From an uncultured bacterium (GTDB lineage Bacteria; Armatimonadota; UBA5829): a DNA stretch of 64,000 bases. The position numbers were made by a program, and so were the translations under genes. This document shows positions 30,510 through 39,133 of this stretch, piece after piece (positions within the stretch are counted from its first letter, which is position 1; each line of letters opens with the position of its first letter). Below the pieces are notes generated by a model. It was not told the DNA's origin, made no database searches, and was given only the letters and a program-made list of their open reading frames with translations. The stretch lies in contig CALJES010000012.1 in NCBI GenBank assembly GCA_938074205.1, forward strand, positions 278,840 through 342,839, read 5' to 3'.

Positions 30510-31721
30510 TTACGAACCCGGCAGTACGGATTTGGCATCTGATGATATCTCAATCTGCACGCAGCCTCTTTGCGATACCGCAGGAAGAATCTCCAATTGA
30601 CCAAAACCAAGCTCTTTTAGTGTGATATCTTCGTAGGGCGCGCCGCGCATATACTCGACATCTACTTCCGGCAGTCGCTCTGCGCCGCAGTCGGGACATC
30701 TTGCCTCTTCAGCGCGGATGCTATGTGCCAATCGGTAGAACGGTTGCGTGGAGCCACACCGATTGCACTTAAGTGATTTTACCATCTCAGAAGGTAGACC
30801 AATCACAGGGTTTGCACCCACGTAACGTGTTGCGAGATCCGCAACCTCAGCCAGCGTTGCTGATTCGCTGTTGAGCTGGGTTTCTACGATGTTTTCGAAC
30901 AACTCGTGGCTCATGCAGTCTTCGTTTCTCACGTAGTCAATAATGAAGCAGTCGTAGGTTGTGGCGTCAAAGTAGAAAGCCTTCCCGACCAGGGTAGGGC
31001 TCAGCCTCTGTCCTGGCGTTTGCAGGCAGGAGCGCGAGTGCAAGAGCTTTACGGCTTCGTGTACCTGGATGCCGGCTATTATGGATGCCATTGTAGGCGT
31101 CGTAGGAGTCCTGTCTTGAATATGAGCTTGAGCTGCCAGGATACCGCACGACTCACGCCACGCCATAATTTTTCTGTCCTGTTCGCCGAGCGTACACTCG
31201 TAGCAAGGGGTATCTGGGGGCACGAAGCTGCGCACAATACCGCGAGTGTCATCGACCGCTCCATCTACCCAGGGTGTGCCAACCTTCCAGCAAGCTCGGT
31301 TGATTGCAAGCCGCGCCTCACGGTTATCCAGTCCGCCGATCACGACATCCACGCGCCTGAAAATGCCAAGACCGATGTCCCTAGTTACATCAGCCTCCAG
31401 GCCGATGAACCGGCAGTCAGGATTCAGCGCCTCAGCTGCGCTCGCCGCTACTTGGGCTTTGGGCTTGCCTTCGTCTTGGGCTCTGAATAATGGACTTCGC
31501 GAAAGGTTGGAGAGCTCAACACGATCGAAGTCGACTATGATCACCGTCCCTGCGCCCAATAGTGCAAGGTTCTTTATTATCTCATTGCCAAGCGCACCGG
31601 CTCCAACGACCATGATTGATGCGGCGCGTAGGACGTCTTGGTTCCACCAGGAGATCAAGCGTAAACGCCAATATCGATCTTCTCCGATGTCAATCGGGAA
31701 GTGGGATTTCTCAGCAGACAC
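30510..31721 (-). CDS. E1 ubiquitin-activating enzyme (ThiF fold) with C-terminal Zn-containing domain
   Basis: GAGALGNEIIKNLAL, DFDRVELSNLSR, LDNREAR, CYEC, catalytic-position C192, CMSH, CNRC…CPDC. Confidence 0.9.
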   Translation of the reverse strand: MSAEKSHFPIDIGEDRYWRLRLISWWNQDVLRAASIMVVGAGALGNEIIKNLALLGAGTVIIVDFDRVELSNLSRSPLFRAQDEGKPKAQVAASAAEALNPDCRFIGLEADVTRDIGLGIFRRVDVVIGGLDNREARLAINRACWKVGTPWVDGAVDDTRGIVRSFVPPDTPCYECTLGEQDRKIMAWRESCGILAAQAHIQDRTPTTPTMASIIAGIQVHEAVKLLHSRSCLQTPGQRLSPTLVGKAFYFDATTYDCFIIDYVRNEDCMSHELFENIVETQLNSESATLAEVADLATRYVGANPVIGLPSEMVKSLKCNRCGSTQPFYRLAHSIRAEEARCPDCGAERLPEVDVEYMRGAPYEDITLKELGFGQLEILPAVSQRGCVQIEISSDAKSVLPGS

Positions 31722-31998
31722 AAAAGCACCCGCCTGCGGTGATCTCAGGTATTAGTCTGAGAACGTCCCCGTCTAGGACGTTGCATTCTGAAAGCGTGAG
31801 ATTGTCCAGCAAATGCCTGCCGGTTCCTTTGTGCAGGAGTTTGTAAGAAATCGGCGCGCCTGCGGTGTTGACCACTGGTAGGTAAAGAACCTCGACTAGT
31901 TTGTCAATAATTCTACTGATAGGCACGTCGTCTGGGAGCGTCGCATCTTGTTCTTTGCTTCCCGTTACGTCTATGATTGTGACGTTAACCTTACCCAT
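31711..31998 (-). CDS. Ubiquitin-like beta-grasp protein (YukD/EsaB-like) with GG motif and 5-aa extension
   Basis: TLSECNVLDGDVLRL resembles ubiquitin TLSDYNIQKESTLHL; ends EITAGG-CFCVC. Confidence 0.85.
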   Translation of the reverse strand: MGKVNVTIIDVTGSKEQDATLPDDVPISRIIDKLVEVLYLPVVNTAGAPISYKLLHKGTGRHLLDNLTLSECNVLDGDVLRLIPEITAGGCFCVC

Positions 31999-32171
31999 TG
32001 GTGTTCACATTCCAATTCGGTTAATATTTCAGACGTTACATCGAGCAGAGTTGCCGAGATCTTGGCGTCCGCGTATTCGCCGCACCGCGGAAACCTTCCC
32101 TGCTGTATTATACCTCATTCCGTTAGTAAGATTCTTGGCGAATCAACAGGGAAGGGATGTTTTGCAGTACG

Positions 32172-32200
32172 TTGACAACCGTAAAACCTGATGTTATTCT
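32172..32200 (+). promoter_or_regulatory. Sigma70 promoter of the GAF-PP2C gene
   Basis: TTGACA-17 nt-TATTCT with TGn; a divergent minus-strand TATAAT lies at 32107-32112, upstream of the Ubl gene. Confidence 0.65.
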
Positions 32201-32248
32201 CCTCGCGCTGCTGGTCTGAGTCGCGGCGCGAGGCAGCAAAAGAAGAAC

Positions 32249-34537
32249 ATGGAGAAACAGTCAATGCTCAAGGGAGTAGCACGCGCGGATGGGAGTGATT
32301 TCCCTGAAGACAGATACACTGCTATAGTGGCGCTATCGCATCTTTCTGAGAGGTTGGCTTCCGTAGAGTCGAAAAAGGCTTTCGTCATAGCTGCAGAAAC
32401 GGCCGCCACCTTGCTCCGAATGTCTTCTGTGCTCATATTTACAAAGGAAACCGACGGCCGGCTTGAGCTCCAGGCAGTGTATGCTGATTCGGCATCTGAA
32501 GAACTGGTCAGCGCATCGGGCAAAATAGCTCAGGAAGCGCTGAGTGTCAGCTCGCCGCTTTTGATTCCCAACACCGCGGCAACATCTTCTACTGCCGCGA
32601 AAATTATCCAGCGCAACGGGGTAGCGTCCTTGATATGTGTGCCAATGAGAATCGGCGGAACGGCATTGGGGGCGATCGTATGCCTTTCCGAGCAGGTCCG
32701 CAGTTTTTCACCGAGAGACATCGAACTCTTACACGTGATCGCATCTCATGCTGCCATAGCGGCGATGCGAACGAGAGCAGGCACCGAACGGCAGACACTA
32801 CCCAGCAGCGATGATCTTCTGGCGCTTGCGGACAGAAAGATTCGAGAGCTCTCGCTTCTCAACCAAATAAGCGAGGCAATGAACTCCACGTTGGAGCTCG
32901 ATGCGGTGCTCGACATCGCTTTGGAAGAATGCCTCGCGGCGATAGACGCCGACGCCGGCTCGCTGATGTTGATAAACGAGGATACGGGCAAGCTTGAGAT
33001 CGCGGCGTCGCGTGGTCTGCCGGAGGAACTGGTCGAGTCTACCTCGCAGGAGATCGGGCAGAGTATTGCCGGCTGGGTGGCTGAGCACGGTGAGAGCGTT
33101 CTCGTTACGGACGCACGCAATGACGACCGTTTTGAGATGCCATTCTATCGCGATGCCATCACTTCGTCCGCCTCGGTGCCGCTGAAGTCCAGAAACGGCT
33201 GCATTGGCGTGCTCAACGTTAACACTACGCGGCCTGATCGGATCTTCGACGAACGCGACCTCCAGTTTCTACAGACTATAGCAAACCAAATGGCTGCTGC
33301 TATCCAGAACGCCAGACTCTACACGCGCGTTCGCCGACGAACCCAACAACTCGACGGCTTGCTGAGGGTTTCGCGCAGCGTGACCTCCACGCTGAGCTTG
33401 GAAGATCGCTTGAAGCTCTTGAGCGAGGAAATGTGTAAGCTGCTGGAGTTTGATGTCTGCGTGATATTCCTAGTGGACGAAATTACAGGCAGGCTGCGGC
33501 ACGGAGTCGGCAGAGGGCTGAGAACGCGCTACAGATTCACCTACTATAACTTAGCAAATCCTCTGGCCCAGAAGGTTCTCAAAACGCGCAGAACGGTGTA
33601 TTTGAAGGATATCAATTCTTCGCCCACTGCGGCAAGCGATGTGTCGAAATCGGAGCGATTGACGTGTGCATTGGGACTGCCGCTGAGGAGCAATGGGAGG
33701 ATAGTAGCTGTTGCAACGCTTTTCGCTCGGGCTCCGCAAGAGCTACCACCGTCCAGACGTGCAGCATTGAAAATGCTAGCCGACTTGGCGGGCGTTGCCA
33801 TACACAACGCTTTGGCATATCAAAATAAGTATAGAGTGGCTTCATTGGTTCAAAGCAGGTTGGTACCCGCCGACGCCCCGACGGTTGACGGGCTCGAGAT
33901 AGGGCATAAGTTCTTCTCGGTGCGCGAGGTGGGCGGCGATTACTACGATTTCATTGTGCTTAATGATCGGCAGATCGGGATTGTAGTCGCCGATGTTTCG
34001 GGAAGCGATGTAGAAGCTGCCGAACACACCGCCATGAGCAGGCATGTTATACGTGCCTACGCACGGGAGTTTCCGCGTCCCGCTGATGTGCTCTATAAGA
34101 CGAACAACGTTATTTGCGAACTGACAAGTGCCGAGACGTTCGTAAGTGCATTCTACTGTGTAATCGACTTGGGTCGCGAGTGCTTCACGCACGCCAACGC
34201 CGGCTGTGAACCCCCGCTTCTCTACTGCGCAGCTCACGGAAACGTTCGGGACCTGCACACAAGCGGTGTTCTGCTCGGAGTAGCTGCAGGAATGCAATAC
34301 GCGGAGCAAGAGGTGTCCTTCAGATCTAAAGACGTTCTTGTCGCGTTCACCGACGGTGTAACTGAAGCATCCTGTGGTAATTCTCGTTTTGGAACGGACG
34401 CAGTGAAGCGCGTATTGTCGGCTAACGCTCATCTGGGTGCCCAGGCGATCGCGGACAAGCTCTTCGACGCTATTATGGAGTTTACCAACGGCAAGGTTTC
34501 CGATGACGTAGCGGTAGTCGTGGCAAAACGAGTGTAG
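32249..34537 (+). CDS. Triple-GAF SpoIIE/PP2C phosphatase (RsbU-like)
   Basis: Three GAF-like repeats; VGGDYYD, ADVSG, NAG, FTDGVTEA, DDVAV. Confidence 0.88.
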   Translation: MEKQSMLKGVARADGSDFPEDRYTAIVALSHLSERLASVESKKAFVIAAETAATLLRMSSVLIFTKETDGRLELQAVYADSASEELVSASGKIAQEALSVSSPLLIPNTAATSSTAAKIIQRNGVASLICVPMRIGGTALGAIVCLSEQVRSFSPRDIELLHVIASHAAIAAMRTRAGTERQTLPSSDDLLALADRKIRELSLLNQISEAMNSTLELDAVLDIALEECLAAIDADAGSLMLINEDTGKLEIAASRGLPEELVESTSQEIGQSIAGWVAEHGESVLVTDARNDDRFEMPFYRDAITSSASVPLKSRNGCIGVLNVNTTRPDRIFDERDLQFLQTIANQMAAAIQNARLYTRVRRRTQQLDGLLRVSRSVTSTLSLEDRLKLLSEEMCKLLEFDVCVIFLVDEITGRLRHGVGRGLRTRYRFTYYNLANPLAQKVLKTRRTVYLKDINSSPTAASDVSKSERLTCALGLPLRSNGRIVAVATLFARAPQELPPSRRAALKMLADLAGVAIHNALAYQNKYRVASLVQSRLVPADAPTVDGLEIGHKFFSVREVGGDYYDFIVLNDRQIGIVVADVSGSDVEAAEHTAMSRHVIRAYAREFPRPADVLYKTNNVICELTSAETFVSAFYCVIDLGRECFTHANAGCEPPLLYCAAHGNVRDLHTSGVLLGVAAGMQYAEQEVSFRSKDVLVAFTDGVTEASCGNSRFGTDAVKRVLSANAHLGAQAIADKLFDAIMEFTNGKVSDDVAVVVAKRV

Positions 34538-34659
34538 TATTGAGGCTGCCACTCGCTTGGCAGTGAGTGTTACCCATAGAGCAGCGCGCAATACCTGCCA
34601 AAAATTAATAATGGATGTAAGGGGACGAGCACGTCCCTTAGTTTGAGGAGTGCAGTAGG

Positions 34660-35064
34660 TTGAGGCAAGGTGAGAGTATTCATTTGGAAATTCCCAGCTC
34701 ACCGGAGTACGTTGCTGTTGTCAGACGCGCTATTGAGGGAATCGCACAAAGAATGCATTTCAACGCAGCTCAGATTGAAGACTTGAAGGTAGCTGTAGGC
34801 GAAGCCTGCGCAAACGCGATTCTGCATGGGTGTCCGCGGTCTGAAGAAAACAATGTAGAAGTGCATTGTGAAGTACGCGCTGACGGTTTGCTTGTCGAAG
34901 TGAGAAACACCGTGGAAGGTCAATGCCGTCCGCACATACCAGCAAAGCCCGAGTTAAACCGCGAAGGAGGGCTGGGGCTCTATATCATTAACCAGCTTAT
35001 GGATGAAGTGCAGTTCACCTGGACCAACAGGACCGCAGTGCTACGTATGCTCAAGCGCCTGTGA
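34660..35064 (+). CDS. Anti-sigma factor / Ser kinase (RsbW-like HATPase)
   Basis: EDLKVAVGEACANAILHG, GGLGLYIINQLMDEV. Confidence 0.88.
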   Translation: MRQGESIHLEIPSSPEYVAVVRRAIEGIAQRMHFNAAQIEDLKVAVGEACANAILHGCPRSEENNVEVHCEVRADGLLVEVRNTVEGQCRPHIPAKPELNREGGLGLYIINQLMDEVQFTWTNRTAVLRMLKRL

Positions 35065-36477
35065 ATCTTTTGTTTCCGCTAGGATCTGGCGAGCCTTTTC
35101 GATCTGCCGTCTGACCTCCGCAGGAGCTGTTCCGCCATAGCAAGATCTACGATTCACACTGGAGTCCAGGGTTATCTCTTGTAAGGCGCTCGGTGCAGCA
35201 TTCGGCGCAAAGCGTCTTATTTCCTCGATCGAAAGGTTGGCAAGCTCCTTGCCGTTTTCTATACACCATGCCACCAGCTTGCCTACTTGCTCATGCGCTG
35301 TTCGGAAGGGAACTCCCTGGCGCACGAGATGCTCCGCCAGATCAGTCGCCGTGAGAAATCCTTGCAGTGCGGCTTGTCGCATTCGCTTGACGTTAAATCT
35401 AGCTGTACTGAGCATAAGCGCGAACGCCTGCACAGCGCCTGATACGGTATCCACGGTGTCGAACAGCGGTTCTTTATCCTCTTGCAGGTCCCTATTATAA
35501 GCCAAAGGCAGCCCCTTCTGCATACTCAAAAGGTTAACCGTGTTTCCTATCACCCTTGCGCACTTACCGCGAATGAGCTCTGCAACATCCGGGTTCTTCT
35601 TTTGAGGCATGAGCGATGAACCGGTTGCTACGGAGTCGTCTAGCTCTATGAAGCCGAATTCCTGTGTGTTCCAGACGATTATCTCTTCTGAAAAGCGTGA
35701 GAGGTGCGTCATCAAGATTGCGCAATCAGCTGCGAACTCGGCTGCAAAGTCCCTGTCTGAAACCGCGTCAATGCTGTTTTCGGATATGCTATCGAAACCA
35801 AGCTCACGTGCGACGAAATCGCGATCAATTGGCAGAGTAGTGCCAGCAAGGGCGCCAGAACCCAAGGGGCAGACGTTAACACGCTCAGCACAACTTGCCA
35901 ACCTTGCCTTGTCGCGCTCCAGCATCCAAAACCACGACATCAAGAGGTGCCCGAGGGTAATCGGCTGCGCATGCTGGAGATGTGTAAAGCCGGGCATTAT
36001 CGACTCCGCATGTTCCTGAGCTTTGTCAAGTATCACACTCTGCAAGTCTACCAGCGAGGAGAGAATGCCAGAGATCTGCTGTCTAAGGAAAAGCCTAATA
36101 TCTAAACAGACCTGATCGTTTCGGCTTCGGGCGGTGTGCAGCTTGCCGGCGGCCTCGCCGATTTTCTCAAAAAGGAGCCTTTCAACGTTCATATGAACGT
36201 CTTCAGCCGACGGATCAAACTCGACTTTCCCAGCCCTAGCATCTGCCAGGATGGCTTCTAATCCCTGAACGATTTTTTCTACTTCCTCTTGGCTTATAAT
36301 CCCGCACTTGCCGAGCATTTTCGCATGTGCGATTGACCCAGTTATGTCATGTTCTAGAAGACGGTAATCAAAACTGATGGACTGTGTAAACTGCTCCACC
36401 AGCTTGTCAGTTGACTTCGAAAACCGTCCGGACCAAGCCTTGCCTATCAACCCTGAGTTCTCCTTACGATCTGCCAC
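35041..36477 (-). CDS. argH: Argininosuccinate lyase
   Basis: WSGRF, HTARSRNDQ, MPGFTHLQ, GSSLMPQKKNPD. Confidence 0.97.
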   Translation of the reverse strand: MADRKENSGLIGKAWSGRFSKSTDKLVEQFTQSISFDYRLLEHDITGSIAHAKMLGKCGIISQEEVEKIVQGLEAILADARAGKVEFDPSAEDVHMNVERLLFEKIGEAAGKLHTARSRNDQVCLDIRLFLRQQISGILSSLVDLQSVILDKAQEHAESIMPGFTHLQHAQPITLGHLLMSWFWMLERDKARLASCAERVNVCPLGSGALAGTTLPIDRDFVARELGFDSISENSIDAVSDRDFAAEFAADCAILMTHLSRFSEEIIVWNTQEFGFIELDDSVATGSSLMPQKKNPDVAELIRGKCARVIGNTVNLLSMQKGLPLAYNRDLQEDKEPLFDTVDTVSGAVQAFALMLSTARFNVKRMRQAALQGFLTATDLAEHLVRQGVPFRTAHEQVGKLVAWCIENGKELANLSIEEIRRFAPNAAPSALQEITLDSSVNRRSCYGGTAPAEVRRQIEKARQILAETKDSQALEHT

Positions 36478-37643
36478 ATCCGCGCCTGCATCCCATGCGT
36501 TTTGACAATGCCTACGGCTTCAGACTGGTCAAACGTCTTTGAATCAAATGACGCTAAGTCCTCGTTGTAGAGGGCATATGGAGAACTGCGACCTATTACC
36601 GTGCAGCTGCCCTTATAGAGTCTAAGGTGAACGGTGCCCCTAACACGTGGCTGGATGTTGTTGATGAACGCTTCCAGGTCTTCCTTGAACGGGTCGTACC
36701 AAAGTCCCGCGTAAGCAAGCTCTCCCCATTTTTGATCGACCACTGCTTTGAAAGCCCTTTCTTCCTTAGTGCATACTAGAGCCTCCAGTGCTTGGTGGGC
36801 CGGAATAATCACCTTGGCTGCAGGGCATTCGTAGTTCTCTCGAACCTTTAGGCCGATTAGCCGGTCTTCCATAATGTCTATCCGGCCAACGCCGTTTGCC
36901 CCTGCTATCTTGTGAACCTCTTGAATCAATTCCAACCCAGGCATTTGTGAGCCGTTTAGAGCTACGGGCACGCCATTTTCAAACTCCAGGGTTATTTCCG
37001 TGGGAGTGTCCGGCGCCTTGCGTGGGTCAACCGTCCACTGGTAAATCTCCTCCGGCGGTGGAAAGTCCGGCTCTTCAAGCCGTCCGCCTTCTATAGATCT
37101 GCCCCAGAGGTTTTCGTCTATGGACCATATCTTCTCTTTAGATTGGCCTATAGGTATGCCTTTCTTTTGAGCGTACTCTATTTCCCAGCTTCGAGTGAGT
37201 GTTCTCTCGCGCATGGGTGCTATTATGGGAGTGTCGGGCATAAACGTGCGCATCACGAACTCGATTCTGAATTGGTCATTGCCCTTTCCCGTGCATCCGT
37301 GACAAAATGCATCAGCACCGATCTTCTGAGCAACCTCCACAGCTTTGAGCGCGATCAGCGGTCTGGCGATAGCCGTGCTTAATGGGTAGCCTTGGTAATC
37401 ACCGTTGGCTTTTATGGCTGGGAAGATGTAGTTTTCAACGAACTCCCGTTTCGCATCGATAGTGTAATGCTCGGTGCCCAGCAGCTTCGCCTTTTCTTCG
37501 GCTTGCTTGAGTTCCTCTGGCGGAAGTCCCACATCTACTGTGACAGTGACTACCCGCTCGAATCCGTAATCTTCCCGCATCATCGGTATGCAAACCGACG
37601 TATCAAGGCCTCCGGAGTACACCAAAACAACTGTTTTCGGCAT
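36447..37643 (-). CDS. argG: Argininosuccinate synthase
   Basis: YSGGLDTS, HGCTGKGNDQ, SIDENLWG. Confidence 0.97.
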   Translation of the reverse strand: MPKTVVLVYSGGLDTSVCIPMMREDYGFERVVTVTVDVGLPPEELKQAEEKAKLLGTEHYTIDAKREFVENYIFPAIKANGDYQGYPLSTAIARPLIALKAVEVAQKIGADAFCHGCTGKGNDQFRIEFVMRTFMPDTPIIAPMRERTLTRSWEIEYAQKKGIPIGQSKEKIWSIDENLWGRSIEGGRLEEPDFPPPEEIYQWTVDPRKAPDTPTEITLEFENGVPVALNGSQMPGLELIQEVHKIAGANGVGRIDIMEDRLIGLKVRENYECPAAKVIIPAHQALEALVCTKEERAFKAVVDQKWGELAYAGLWYDPFKEDLEAFINNIQPRVRGTVHLRLYKGSCTVIGRSSPYALYNEDLASFDSKTFDQSEAVGIVKTHGMQARMWQIVRRTQG

Positions 37644-37678
37644 TTTGCTGGCTCCTATTCTGATTCCCTAGTTATTGT

Positions 37679-39085
37679 TTACGTTTGCGACAGGAGAACC
37701 ATAACAGCTTTCTGCACGTGCAGCCTGTTCTCAGCTTCATCGAACACTATGCTCTGCGGCGAATCGATAACATCATCCGTTACTTCGGACCCACGATGCG
37801 CCGGTAAGCAATGCATAAATACGGCATCCGGCTTCGCAAGCTTCATCAGCTCAGCATTGACCTGATATGGTGCAAAGATCTTTGCGCGTTCTTCAGCTTC
37901 GTATTCTTGTCCCATGCTTGCCCAGACGTCCGTGTATACAACATCCGCATCCGCAACTGCTTCTTTCGGATCTCGGATCACCTCGATTGTCGCGTTCGTT
38001 TCTGCTGCATCTTTACGAGCTTGTTCAACTATGTTAGTGTTGGGCTCGTAACCCTCCGGACAGGCTATGGTGAAATTTGTACCCACCTTTGCCGCAAGCA
38101 ACATCAAAGAGTGCGCTACGTTGTTACCGTCTCCCACAAAGACCACTTTAAGCCCCTGCAGAGTACCCTTTTTCTCGATAATTGTAAAGAAATCTGCCAG
38201 CGCTTGACACGGATGTTCGAGATCGGAAAGGCCGTTTATTACCGGAACACTCGCATGCTCGGCCAGCTCAACGACCGTGTTGTGCGCAAAAGTCCTCGCC
38301 ATTATGAGATCACACATTCGATCCAATGTGCGCGCCGCATCGGCTATGGACTCTCTCTTACCCAACTGAATATCGGAAGGCGCAAGATAGATCGCGTGCC
38401 CACCTAGTTGCGTCATTCCTGCTTCGAAAGACACCCGAGTGCGGAGGCTCGGCTTCTCAAATATCATCGCCAAGTTCTTCCCAGCTAGCAGCTGGCGCTG
38501 CTCTTCTGCTGGCACGTCACACTTGAGCCTGCGTGCCATATCGAAGACAGCCTCGATGTTTGAACGATCCAGCGAAGAAATGCTGATAAGGTCTTGGCCT
38601 GATAGTTTCTTTGATGGGTTACCAGCCACAAAATCCGACGAGGCCGTTCCCGCGTTTTGCTGCAGTTTGGCAACCGCATCTCTCGTTTTCTGGAGATCTA
38701 TGCCCATGGAGGCAAGAACCTTTGCAGCAATTCCTTCAGCTTCGCCAATCAGACCCAAAAGCAGGTGTTCCGTCCCGATAAAGTCGTTCATCATGCGCCG
38801 CGCCTCGTTATACGCAATGTCGATAGCACGCTTCGCACGCGGTGTGAGCTGTATATCTTCCCCCAGGCAAGACTCCCTATCTGCTATGTACTCTTCGATC
38901 TTCGAACGGACGTCGGCCGGATCCGCGGACATAGCTAGAAGCGCCCGACAAGCCAGACAGTTTTCGGCGCGTAGAATACCCAGCAGCAGGTGCTCTGTCG
39001 ACACGTGGCTCTCACCGTGTTTGCCGGCTTCCTCTGTGGCAAAGAATACTACCCGCCTTGCATCCTGAGTGAATCGCTGCCACAT
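37679..39085 (-). CDS. argF: Ornithine carbamoyltransferase fused to an N-terminal Clp repeat (ClpC N) domain
   Basis: aa 1-~143 Clp-N (RFT..ARRV, TEHLLLG twice); OTC motifs SLRTR, HPCQ, SMG, HCLP; single ORF with GGGAGG RBS. Confidence 0.92.
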   Translation of the reverse strand: MWQRFTQDARRVVFFATEEAGKHGESHVSTEHLLLGILRAENCLACRALLAMSADPADVRSKIEEYIADRESCLGEDIQLTPRAKRAIDIAYNEARRMMNDFIGTEHLLLGLIGEAEGIAAKVLASMGIDLQKTRDAVAKLQQNAGTASSDFVAGNPSKKLSGQDLISISSLDRSNIEAVFDMARRLKCDVPAEEQRQLLAGKNLAMIFEKPSLRTRVSFEAGMTQLGGHAIYLAPSDIQLGKRESIADAARTLDRMCDLIMARTFAHNTVVELAEHASVPVINGLSDLEHPCQALADFFTIIEKKGTLQGLKVVFVGDGNNVAHSLMLLAAKVGTNFTIACPEGYEPNTNIVEQARKDAAETNATIEVIRDPKEAVADADVVYTDVWASMGQEYEAEERAKIFAPYQVNAELMKLAKPDAVFMHCLPAHRGSEVTDDVIDSPQSIVFDEAENRLHVQKAVMVLLSQT

Positions 39086-39133
39086 TATTTGTTCCTCCCG
39101 CTTTATTCTGACGTCTCGACCGACCTGCGGATA

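Noticed and set aside
30510..31998. ThiS/MoaD-ThiF/MoeB sulfur-carrier pair
   Set aside because: No thiamine, Moco or tRNA-thiolation genes and no rhodanese domain; E2, RING and JAMM genes point to conjugation
31711..31998. Type VII secretion YukD/EsaB component
   Set aside because: No FtsK/EssC ATPase or WXG100 gene in the window; the Ubl has a GG motif and is coupled to an E1
27527..31998. CBASS Cap2/Cap3 module
   Set aside because: No CD-NTase or effector; E1 and E2 are separate and a dedicated Ubl is present
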